A stretch of 64,000 bases of DNA, taken from positions 989 to 64,988 of the forward strand of contig JAFTMG010000024.1 in NCBI GenBank assembly GCA_017452525.1, read 5' to 3'. This stretch comes from Clostridia bacterium (GTDB lineage: Bacteria; Bacillota; Clostridia; Oscillospirales; CAG-272). The position numbers were made by a program, and so were the translations under genes. Positions 48,438 to 56,722 of this stretch are shown here, piece by piece; positions within the stretch are counted from its first letter, which is position 1, and each line of letters opens with the position of its first letter. Under the pieces are notes generated by a model that saw only the letters and a program-made list of their open reading frames with translations, was not told the DNA's origin and did no database searches.

Positions 48438-50411
48438 TCAGCGAACACGCTCGCCCACGGGAGTTTCGGGATCCAGGAACACCACGCGGACCTGCTCTTC
48501 GCCGCTGGCAAGGATCATACCGTTGGACTCAATACCGCACAGCGTGGCAGGCTTCAGATTAGCAACCATGATCACCTTTTTGCCGATCATATCTTCCGGC
48601 TTATAGAATTTCGCAATACCGGAAACGACCTGTCTCTGCTCGTAGCCGAGATCCAGCTGCAGCTTCAGCAGCTTCTTTGCCTTCGGCACGGTCTCGCAAG
48701 CGATGACCTTTGCCGTACGAAGCTCCACGCCCATAAAGTCCTCAATACCGATCACGGCACAGCCCTCGGGCTTCTCGGGTGCCTGCGCAGCCTTCTCTGC
48801 TGCCTTGGCAGCCGCGATCATCTTTTCGCGTTCTGCCTCGAAAGCAGCCAGCTCCTTTGCCTCGTCCACACGGGCAAACAGCACCTTGGAATCCAACACC
48901 TCGCTACCTACGCGAATACCGCCAAACTTCTCCGCCGTACCGATGGTGTCCAAAGTCACAGCCTCGGTATTCAGCTCGCGAAGGATCTCCTCGGCGCTCG
49001 AGGGAATGAAGGGAGTCAGCAGGATCGCGCCCCAACGGATCGCCTCAAGGAGATTGTAGAGAACGGTTGCCAGGCGGTCCTTCTGCGCCTCGTCCTTTGC
49101 CAAGGTCCAAGGGGTGGTCTCATCGATATATTTGTTGGCGCGACTGAGCATCTTCATAACGTCCGCGGCGGCATCGGCAATATGGAAGGTATCCATATGC
49201 GCGATGGCGTTTTCGTATGCCTCCACGCACGCCGCCTTCAGCTCGGCGTCGCAGGCATCGCCGATATCGGTGGGTGCGAGTACCTTCTTATCGAAATACT
49301 TCTTCTGCATATCCAGCGTACGCTTGACCAGATTGCCCAGCGTATTGACCAGATCGCCGTTATAGCGCTTGATCACGCTCTCATAGGTGATAGAGCCGTC
49401 GCTGCCGTAGGGCATCTCGGAGAGCGCGTAGTAACGGGCGGCATCCACACCGAAATGATCGGAGAGCTGATCTGCATAAATGACGTTGCCCTTCGACTTG
49501 GACATCTTGTCCATACCGAAATTGAACCACGGATGACCGAATACCTTCTTGGGAAGCGGCAGATCCAGTGCCATGAGGAAGATGGGCCAGTAGATGGTGT
49601 GGAAACGCAGAATGTCCTTACCGATGATATGAACGTCGGCAGGCCAATATTTGCGGAAATGCTCAGACTGCTCCTCGTAGGTCTTATCGGGATCGTATCC
49701 GAGGGCGGTGATGTAGTTGGTCAACGCGTCCAGCCAGACGTAAGTCACGTGCTTCGGGTCAAAATCCACAGGGATGCCCCAAGTGAAGGAGGTACGGGAA
49801 ACGCAGAGATCCTGCAGACCTGCCTTGAGGAAGTTGTTGACCATTTCCTTCTTACGGGACTCGGGCTCGATGAATTCGGGATGATCCTCGATGTGCTTCA
49901 TCAAACGGTCGGCATATTTGCTCATTTTGAAGAAATAAGCCTCTTCCTTTGCCTGAGTAACGGGTCTGCCGCAGTCGGGGCACTTGCCGCCTTCCGCCTG
50001 CGTCTCAGTGAAGAAGGACTCGCAGGGGGTGCAATACCAGCCCTCATAATAGCCCTTATAGATATCACCCTGGTCAAAGAAGCGCTTGAAGATCTTGGCA
50101 ACAGCCTTCTCATGCTGCTCGTCGGTGGTACGGATGAAATAATCGTAGGAGGTATTCATCTTATCCCAAAGACCGCGGATCTCACCTGCTACGCCGTCGA
50201 CGTATGCCTTGGGGGTAATGCCTGCCTCGGCAGCAAGGTTTTCGATCTTCTGACCGTGCTCGTCGGTACCGGTACACATAAAGACGTCATAGCCGCGGGC
50301 GCGACGGTAGCGTGCGACAGAGTCTGCCATGATCGCCTCGTAGGTGTTGCCGAAGTGCGGCTTACGGGAGGCATAAGCAATGGCTGTTGTCAAATAATAC
50401 TTTTCTTTCAT
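48438..50411 (-). CDS. metG: Methionine--tRNA ligase with C-terminal tRNA-binding domain
   Basis: HIGH-like PHFGN, GTDEHG, YVWLDAL, GKDILRFH, KMSKS, C-terminal Trbp111 domain. Confidence 0.97.
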   Translation of the reverse strand: MKEKYYLTTAIAYASRKPHFGNTYEAIMADSVARYRRARGYDVFMCTGTDEHGQKIENLAAEAGITPKAYVDGVAGEIRGLWDKMNTSYDYFIRTTDEQHEKAVAKIFKRFFDQGDIYKGYYEGWYCTPCESFFTETQAEGGKCPDCGRPVTQAKEEAYFFKMSKYADRLMKHIEDHPEFIEPESRKKEMVNNFLKAGLQDLCVSRTSFTWGIPVDFDPKHVTYVWLDALTNYITALGYDPDKTYEEQSEHFRKYWPADVHIIGKDILRFHTIYWPIFLMALDLPLPKKVFGHPWFNFGMDKMSKSKGNVIYADQLSDHFGVDAARYYALSEMPYGSDGSITYESVIKRYNGDLVNTLGNLVKRTLDMQKKYFDKKVLAPTDIGDACDAELKAACVEAYENAIAHMDTFHIADAAADVMKMLSRANKYIDETTPWTLAKDEAQKDRLATVLYNLLEAIRWGAILLTPFIPSSAEEILRELNTEAVTLDTIGTAEKFGGIRVGSEVLDSKVLFARVDEAKELAAFEAEREKMIAAAKAAEKAAQAPEKPEGCAVIGIEDFMGVELRTAKVIACETVPKAKKLLKLQLDLGYEQRQVVSGIAKFYKPEDMIGKKVIMVANLKPATLCGIESNGMILASGEEQVRVVFLDPETPVGERVR

Positions 50412-50452
50412 GATCGGATCAATTCCTTTCCTTTGGGTTATCTTAGAAAAAT

Positions 50453-51262
50453 TCAGTCAAAATAAGGGGGCACGGTCTGCGACAGATAAAAGCTGACCGT
50501 GAGCAGATAATACGGAAGCACGAAGAGCACCAGAAGAATGCCCACCGTAGCTACGGACAAAAGCAACCAGCCGAGAAAGCTGATGTGCAGCAGAAACCAC
50601 AGACCGAGGTGACGGCGGATCGCGGTCGCACTGTCGGCAAGGATACGGCGCACGGGACGGGCGGGATAGGCAAAGAGCAGCCACAGGACCGGCATCACGA
50701 AGGCGCAAAGGATCGCGCCGAGCAGACCGATCAGTGCGGCAAAGAGATTGCCACCGTCTAAGAACAGATAACTGTACGCCTTCCCTTCCTCGATCGACCA
50801 GAAGGTGTCGGCGATCCCCTGCGACATGGCAATCACCGAGAGAACGGTCATGACAACGATTGCCACAGCGCCGATCGGGATCAGCAGCGCGAGCCACGTA
50901 CGCCCATGGGCGCGCCACGTGGTATAGGCATAAAACACGTCACGAAGGGCACGTTTCTCGCCGCGTGCGAGCCCCGTGACGATATACAGCGTGCCGCCGA
51001 AGAGCGGCAGGATCAGGAAGATCAGCAGATAATCCACGACGGACGCGATATCCGCCACAAGTCCGCCCATTTCTTCCGGTTCCAGCGCAAAATATATCAT
51101 GGAGTAGATGCCCTGCATTGCCACGTACATCACAATGGGGATCAGTGTCGCGGCAATCAGCACAAGACTGTTCTCTCCCGAAAAGAAGCACTGCCACGCG
51201 CGCCGCTTGATCGCTCTCAGCTGAGAGACTGTGGATCCTTTGTTTACAGTTGTTTCCGTCAT
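50453..51262 (-). CDS. DUF975-like membrane protein
   Basis: IK.RA N-terminus; C-terminal 'LF.LH.SFLGW.LL..T.GI...V.PY'; AAAGGAGG RBS. Confidence 0.65.
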   Translation of the reverse strand: MTETTVNKGSTVSQLRAIKRRAWQCFFSGENSLVLIAATLIPIVMYVAMQGIYSMIYFALEPEEMGGLVADIASVVDYLLIFLILPLFGGTLYIVTGLARGEKRALRDVFYAYTTWRAHGRTWLALLIPIGAVAIVVMTVLSVIAMSQGIADTFWSIEEGKAYSYLFLDGGNLFAALIGLLGAILCAFVMPVLWLLFAYPARPVRRILADSATAIRRHLGLWFLLHISFLGWLLLSVATVGILLVLFVLPYYLLTVSFYLSQTVPPYFD

Positions 51263-51296
51263 GGCATGTCCTCCTTTCGCAGACTCATGGATTGGT

Positions 51297-52460
51297 TCAT
51301 GCGATCTCAATGCCGTTTTTGATCACAAGCTCCGAAACGATATCTCCGTTCACCTCACGCGCGACCAGAATATCCGCGCGCTTGCCCGGCTCCAACGAGC
51401 CGACCAGATGGTCGATCCCCACCATTCGAGCGGGTGTGTAGGTAGCACAGCGAAGTGCCTTGGCAAACGGAATTTCGGCAAATTTAGCAAGGTTCTTCAC
51501 ACCGTCGAGCAGGCTGAGAGTGCTTCCCGCCAGCGCGCCGTCGGTAGTCAGGGCTTTACCGTCCTTGACGATGACCTTCATGCCGGCGATGGAATATTCT
51601 CCGTCCGCGCCGCCGGTCGCCTCCATCGAGTCGGTGATCAGCACCAGATGCTCGTCGCCCTTGCAAAGATACGCCATTTTGACCATTTCGGGGCAGATGT
51701 GCATACCGTCACAGATCAACTCCGCATAGGCGCTCTCGGTGGTCAGCGCAACGCAAGCGGCACCGCCTGCACGGTGATGGAGCGCCGGCATGGCGTTGAA
51801 CAGGTGGCTGAAGGAGATCACGCCCCGCTCCACGGCAAGCTTTGCCTGCGCGGTATCTGCGCAGGTGTGCGCCAAGCCCATCGTTGCGCCGTGCGTTTTG
51901 GCAACAGAGGCAAACGAGCCGTCATCATCCAATTCCCATGCAGCCGAAATATGGCACGGAGCGGGCATATGGGAGAGCAACTCCTTCAATTCCTTCGCGT
52001 CAAGCGCCGCCAACAACTCGGGCGCATGTGCGCCTCGTTTGGCGGGATTGAGAAATCTTCCTTCCAGATGAACGCCGGCAAAGCAAGCGCCCTGTTCTGT
52101 TTTTGAAAGTGCCGTAATACGGTCGGAGGCAATGCACAGATCTTCCAAGGGAGCCGATGCCAGCGTGGGCATCAGTGTGGTCACGCCGGAACGCAGATAA
52201 GACTCTGCCATGCGGCGCATCCCCTCTTCATCGGCGGTATTGAAATCGTAGCCCGCGCGACCGTGGGTGTGAACGTCCACCAAACCCGGCAGGAGCAGCT
52301 TGCCACTCGCGTCGATCTCGCGGTCATGCGCGGGAACGGGCTCTCCCTCGGGAATGATAGCCTCGATCTTATCGTCCGCGATCAAAAGACCGCCGCAGAA
52401 AAAGTCGCGCCGCTCGGTGTCATATACACGCGCGCCATAGATCCATGTACGCATATTCAT
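51297..52460 (-). CDS. nagA: N-acetylglucosamine-6-phosphate deacetylase
   Basis: PGLVDVHTHG, HLEG.F..GAH, HLFNAM, ICDG.H, ITD, LAGS. Confidence 0.95.
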   Translation of the reverse strand: MNMRTWIYGARVYDTERRDFFCGGLLIADDKIEAIIPEGEPVPAHDREIDASGKLLLPGLVDVHTHGRAGYDFNTADEEGMRRMAESYLRSGVTTLMPTLASAPLEDLCIASDRITALSKTEQGACFAGVHLEGRFLNPAKRGAHAPELLAALDAKELKELLSHMPAPCHISAAWELDDDGSFASVAKTHGATMGLAHTCADTAQAKLAVERGVISFSHLFNAMPALHHRAGGAACVALTTESAYAELICDGMHICPEMVKMAYLCKGDEHLVLITDSMEATGGADGEYSIAGMKVIVKDGKALTTDGALAGSTLSLLDGVKNLAKFAEIPFAKALRCATYTPARMVGIDHLVGSLEPGKRADILVAREVNGDIVSELVIKNGIEIA

Positions 52461-52631
52461 ACCTCCGCAGAAAATATTCTATACCAAATTATTATAACAG
52501 ATTTATTGCATTTTTACAAGAGTGTTTGCAAAGAAAAGTAAAAAAAGAGCCATGAGCCTATAAAAAACCGCAAAAGAATCAAAACAGGATCCGAGCATAT
52601 TGTATTCTCTCATTTTCAATATTCCAAACAC

Positions 52632-52657
52632 AAAAGAGCCCCGCACGAGGCGGGGCT
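52632..52657 (-). terminator. Intrinsic terminator
   Basis: AGCCCCGC / GCGGGGCT followed by CTTTTG on the minus strand. Confidence 0.65.
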
Positions 52658-52669
52658 GAAATGATAGGA

Positions 52670-53779
52670 TCAAAAAGCTTTTTTGTTTCCGACAAACGGC
52701 TCGTATTTCGCAATGATCGCTTGCATTTTCGGATCATCCTTCAATTTCCGATACGAATCGCTTTCTAAAATATACCCAAGTTCACGCGCCACATCGTTTT
52801 TTTCAGTTCCGGAATTGATATTACGAACGTCAAATACGTTTCCTCGTACCAGAAAGGACGTGTGTGCCGTTGTCTGCGGAAGATCATCATATGCTTTGGC
52901 ATGCTCTAAACCCTTTTCAAAATGTGTCAAAGCAACATCGATATTACAAGCACGCACATGCCGATGGGCGATCAGGATGTGCAGCTCTGCCAAGTGATAA
53001 TGCCAGAAGCAATAGTCTCCGTCATCGATCAAAAGCTCGATCAATGCAATCGCTTTTTTCAAAATGCGAATGGATTCGTGCGGATCACTCACTTCCAAAG
53101 CCATATCGCGCACGTCTACCGTCAGACACTCTGCAAACTCAGCCAAACCGCTTCGGGTGTATTTCCACCATTCCGCTGTTCCCTTTTCCCAGCATCCTTG
53201 CAGCTCCTGTTCCTGCGAAAAGCGCAAGGATGGAAATCGTTTGGCTGTCTCGATCGCCTTGTCAATCTGACCGTCCAGCACATATAATCCACCGAGAATG
53301 GAAATGGCAGAGTAGCGTACCTGATCGACCGTACACTCATCCAACACACGTTCGCACAGTTGATACAATTCCTCCTTGTGTACCTCGCTTCCGTATGGTC
53401 CGGCACAATTCGGATCGTAGTTGAGTTTCCACATGTATTCCTCCACGATACGCCAATCGTTAGGAAAATCTTGATATGCACGTACGATCAGGTCAAACAC
53501 TTCTTGCTCTTTGCCAAGCGCGCACAATCGGTTCCTCTCGCAGAGGATCTCCCGGATCTTCTCCTCGGTTTTTGCGGCATCCAAGCCAAGCAGCTCATCG
53601 GTGGATACGCCGAAATAGGATGCCAACGGAAGCACCATTCCAATATCCGGGAGAGATTCATTCCGCTCCCATTTGGAAACCGCTGCCACGGAAACGAACA
53701 TGCGTTCCGCCAATGTCTCCTGCGTAATGCCTTTTTGTCTGCGAAGACGTTTTATATTTTCGCCAATATAAAGTTGCAT
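52670..53779 (-). CDS. XRE-family regulator with helical (TPR-like) C-terminal domain
   Basis: IGENIKRLR..TQE.LAE..VS..AVSKWE...PDI..LA.YFGVS.DELLG; long alpha-helical remainder. Confidence 0.85.
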   Translation of the reverse strand: MQLYIGENIKRLRRQKGITQETLAERMFVSVAAVSKWERNESLPDIGMVLPLASYFGVSTDELLGLDAAKTEEKIREILCERNRLCALGKEQEVFDLIVRAYQDFPNDWRIVEEYMWKLNYDPNCAGPYGSEVHKEELYQLCERVLDECTVDQVRYSAISILGGLYVLDGQIDKAIETAKRFPSLRFSQEQELQGCWEKGTAEWWKYTRSGLAEFAECLTVDVRDMALEVSDPHESIRILKKAIALIELLIDDGDYCFWHYHLAELHILIAHRHVRACNIDVALTHFEKGLEHAKAYDDLPQTTAHTSFLVRGNVFDVRNINSGTEKNDVARELGYILESDSYRKLKDDPKMQAIIAKYEPFVGNKKAF

Positions 53780-53953
53780 ATTGTATACCTCGCTTTTCCG
53801 TATTGATTCACCGGTGTTTCTGAGCATATTATACGTTATAAACGGATTTCTTACAAGAGACAGCGGCGCTACACATTTTTACCGACAGTTGAATTTTTAA
53901 AGCGGAGATCTTCTGATCAGAGCTTATATAATCTTCTTTTTGGTGACACTCGC

Positions 53954-53982
53954 AAAAAAGGAGCCAATATCGGCTCCTTTTT
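53954..53982 (-). terminator. Intrinsic terminator
   Basis: AAAAAGGAGCC / GGCTCCTTTTT. Confidence 0.75.
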
Positions 53983-53989
53983 CACTTGA

Positions 53990-54583
53990 TTATTGATTGA
54001 TCTGCTTGCCAACCGCTCCGCCGGGATGAATGAGTGCAAAAGACTCCAGACGATAATCCTTCTCTTCCATCAGTCCCACCATCAGTGCATCAAAGATCGC
54101 GACGGTAGAGGCAAAGCTGGAGGTAGACATGACCCCGTAACGGTCGCTCTCGGTCGTGCAGCACATTTCCAGCACCACATCCGCCGCACGGGCGATCTCG
54201 GACTCAAGGTTTGCAGTGATTGCGATCAAATGCGCGCCCTTGGCGCGAGCGATTTCAATTAACGGAAGCAGCTCTTCGGATTTGCCGCCCTTGGAAACGA
54301 GGATCAGCACGTTGCCCGGCTGAAGGGCGCCCATTCCGCCGTGAACCGCCTCGGATGGTGGTACGAATTTTCCGGGACACTCGACACAGCAAAGTGAGTG
54401 CGCAAACTTCTTCGCCGCAAAGCCGGAGGAGCCGCAAGCGGAGGTCACAGTCAACGTAGAGTTGCAAAGAAGGTCAATTGCGCGCCCATATGCTTCCCTG
54501 TCCATCTTTTGCCAAAGTAGATCCAGCGCGTCGCGCTCCTGCTTGACGGAGTTATGTATTCTTTCGTATGTTTCATTTTTCAT
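53990..54583 (-). CDS. SIS-domain sugar-phosphate isomerase (KdsD/GutQ-like, no CBS domains)
   Basis: GSSG..A.K, EA.HG.MG, SKGG.S.EL, FDAL, HPGG..G. Confidence 0.85.
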   Translation of the reverse strand: MKNETYERIHNSVKQERDALDLLWQKMDREAYGRAIDLLCNSTLTVTSACGSSGFAAKKFAHSLCCVECPGKFVPPSEAVHGGMGALQPGNVLILVSKGGKSEELLPLIEIARAKGAHLIAITANLESEIARAADVVLEMCCTTESDRYGVMSTSSFASTVAIFDALMVGLMEEKDYRLESFALIHPGGAVGKQINQ

Positions 54584-55863
54584 CGGATCTCACTTGCCTC
54601 CTTCTCGCCCAAAAACAGATCGCCATACAGCCACAGCACGGAATAGCGGTCCTTCAGGTCCTTGCCGTACCACACGCCGCGCTGAATCTTTTCCTTTCCG
54701 TACATCTTCTCAAAGGCACTCATATCAAAGCCGATATCGAGAAGCATCTGCGTGATCTCCTCTGCCGGCGGGCACAGACGCAGGATCTCGCGGATCTCCT
54801 CCCAATGCGCGGCGTAAAAGGGCGTTTTATCCTGCGCATAACGTCCGGCATCATCCTGAATTTGTTTGACTTCCTTCCAGAAATCCTGATAGATCGCGCG
54901 GTATGCCGCCTCGCGAGTCTCGGTGCTGACCTTTTGGAAGGTCGGCTTTTCCAACGCCACGATCTGCTCGCGCAATCCCGCGGTCACGACGGTGGAATAA
55001 CCCACGTCGGTGCCGTGCAGGAAATACGGCTTGTTCTCGATCAGACCTGTGATCTCAAAATAATGGGACAGATGATGCTCCGATCCCGAGCCGGGGCGGG
55101 TGGTGGAAATCAGCGTCAGACAAACGCCGATCAGCACCAGGATCTCCATCAGCTTGCCGATCGCCGCACCGTCTCGCGCCTTGAGTGCCTCGGTCAGTGA
55201 GCGGACCTCGTCGGTGCTTTCCTTGACAATATCATAGACGAAGGGACAAAGATATTCGTCATTGACGAATTTGCTGAGTGTCCAGTCGCAAAGAGCACTG
55301 TATTTTCCGATGATGTCGGCATAACCGGAACGGATCATATCCATCGGTGCGTTTTTCAAAATATCCACGTCGCCAAGGATCAGCGAAGGCGCGTGGGTGG
55401 TATAGGTCACCTTCATGCCGCCGATGATCATGGCAGCGCCCGAGGATGCAAAGCCATCCATGGAGGGGGCTGTGGCGATAATGCCGCAGGTCAGTTCGTG
55501 ATAAAAAGAAACGTATTTGCAGGTATCGTTGATGACGCCGGAGCCGATACCGAGAATAAAATCGGTCTCCTCGGTCAGATGCCGCTCCACCGCGGCAATG
55601 GTTGCTTCGTCGGGAACAAGAAGTTCTTCCCCTTCGAACAGACAAACACTTTCGATCCGATCGCCCAACAGTGCTTTGACACGGTCAGCGCACAGAGGGG
55701 CGGTATTACGGTCGGCGACCAGAACAACGTGCTTTTTATCTTCAAGCATCTCTGGCAGGCGCGCCAACACGCCCGCACCAATGGCAAGATGCGCAATATC
55801 ACAGCGGTGCGTTTTTCCGCATACACACGGAATATCCCGATTAATCAATTCAAATACGGTCAT
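54580..55863 (-). CDS. sn-glycerol-1-phosphate dehydrogenase-like protein (AraM/EgsA family)
   Basis: C.CGKTH N-terminus, GSGVIND..K, TAPSMDG, SG.EHHLSH, HG. Confidence 0.88.
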   Translation of the reverse strand: MTVFELINRDIPCVCGKTHRCDIAHLAIGAGVLARLPEMLEDKKHVVLVADRNTAPLCADRVKALLGDRIESVCLFEGEELLVPDEATIAAVERHLTEETDFILGIGSGVINDTCKYVSFYHELTCGIIATAPSMDGFASSGAAMIIGGMKVTYTTHAPSLILGDVDILKNAPMDMIRSGYADIIGKYSALCDWTLSKFVNDEYLCPFVYDIVKESTDEVRSLTEALKARDGAAIGKLMEILVLIGVCLTLISTTRPGSGSEHHLSHYFEITGLIENKPYFLHGTDVGYSTVVTAGLREQIVALEKPTFQKVSTETREAAYRAIYQDFWKEVKQIQDDAGRYAQDKTPFYAAHWEEIREILRLCPPAEEITQMLLDIGFDMSAFEKMYGKEKIQRGVWYGKDLKDRYSVLWLYGDLFLGEKEASEIR

Positions 55864-55894
55864 GTCGTTTCCTCGCTTTTCGGTTGTTGCCTTG

Positions 55895-55995
55895 ATTGTA
55901 TCAGTTTTCACGCTTTTTGTCAAGATGGATGCAAAACACTTGACATTCGATCATCCCGCGTTTATAATAAAAGCATCCCCGATCACAAACGATCA
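55895..55995. promoter_or_regulatory. Divergent promoters with three CGATCA repeats (candidate DeoR operator)
   Basis: Minus strand TTGACA-17-TACAAT (55895-55923); plus strand TTGACA-17-TATAAT (55940-55968); CGATCA at 55948, 55980 and 55990. Confidence 0.65.
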
Positions 55996-56011
55996 TGAAA
56001 AGGAGGGACAC

Positions 56012-56707
56012 ATGCTACAACTCGAACGACAACAGGACATTCTGCGCCTGCTCGGCACACATAAAAGCATGACCGTCAAGGAGCTGTGTACAGCACTGTT
56101 CGCAAGTCCTGCCACCATCCGACGCGATCTGGCAGAGCTTGAACGGGCAGGACATCTGCGGCGAAGTTTCGGTGGCGCGGTGCTGACAGAGTCCTATCCC
56201 GATCAGTTACCGTTGACGGTGCGCGCCTGCGACCGTATCACAGAAAAAAAGCGGATCTGCGCCAAGGCGGCACAGCGGATCCGCCCGGGAGACACCGTGT
56301 TTATCGATGCCTCCTCTACCACCTATTTTTTGGTCCCACATCTGCGTGAAATTCCGGAGCTGACCGTGATCACCAACAATCCCAACGTCAATATCGCGTT
56401 GGCACAGCAAAACGTGCGCAGCTTCTGCACCGGCGGTGAAATGCTCAACGGCTCTGTCGCGCTGGTGGGAAGTGAAGCGGAGCGATTTGTCCGAGGCATT
56501 CACGCTCACGCGTTTTTCTTCTCCGCGAGAGGTCTTTGCGAAGGAAAAATATCCGACTCCTCTGCGGCAGAGCGCAATATGAAGATTGCCATGGCAGAGC
56601 AAGCGAACCGCCTTTATTTTCTTTGCGACACGTCCAAGCACGGACATATTTTCCCTTATCTCATCGCCGATCTCGATCGGGTCGACGAGATGATCGATGA
56701 AACGTAA
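56012..56707 (+). CDS. DeoR/GlpR-family regulator
   Basis: ERQQ.I..L, S.ATIRRDL..LE..G...R.FGGA, FIDASST, VITN; AAGGAGG RBS. Confidence 0.93.
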   Translation: MLQLERQQDILRLLGTHKSMTVKELCTALFASPATIRRDLAELERAGHLRRSFGGAVLTESYPDQLPLTVRACDRITEKKRICAKAAQRIRPGDTVFIDASSTTYFLVPHLREIPELTVITNNPNVNIALAQQNVRSFCTGGEMLNGSVALVGSEAERFVRGIHAHAFFFSARGLCEGKISDSSAAERNMKIAMAEQANRLYFLCDTSKHGHIFPYLIADLDRVDEMIDET

Positions 56708-56722
56708 GAAAGGATTTTTCAC

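Noticed and set aside
50412-50452. T-box or SAM riboswitch upstream of metG
   Set aside because: Only about 40 nt separate metG from the upstream gene; there is no room or motif.
48393-50465. 690-aa plus-strand ORF opposite metG (and similar long antisense ORFs opposite the EF-G paralog, ffh, ackA, QOR and pyk)
   Set aside because: Shadow frames produced by codon bias of the real genes; no RBS or recognisable motifs.
54580-55863. G1P dehydrogenase as evidence of archaeal-type ether lipids
   Set aside because: AraM-like enzymes are common in Firmicute sugar loci, and no GGGP synthase is nearby.
55517-56011. N-terminal extension of DeoR in the ORF track (likewise for nrdR, glpK, the MTases, double NUDIX and the 44610 ORF)
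   Set aside because: Extensions overlap neighbouring genes or promoters; RBS-supported starts lie downstream.
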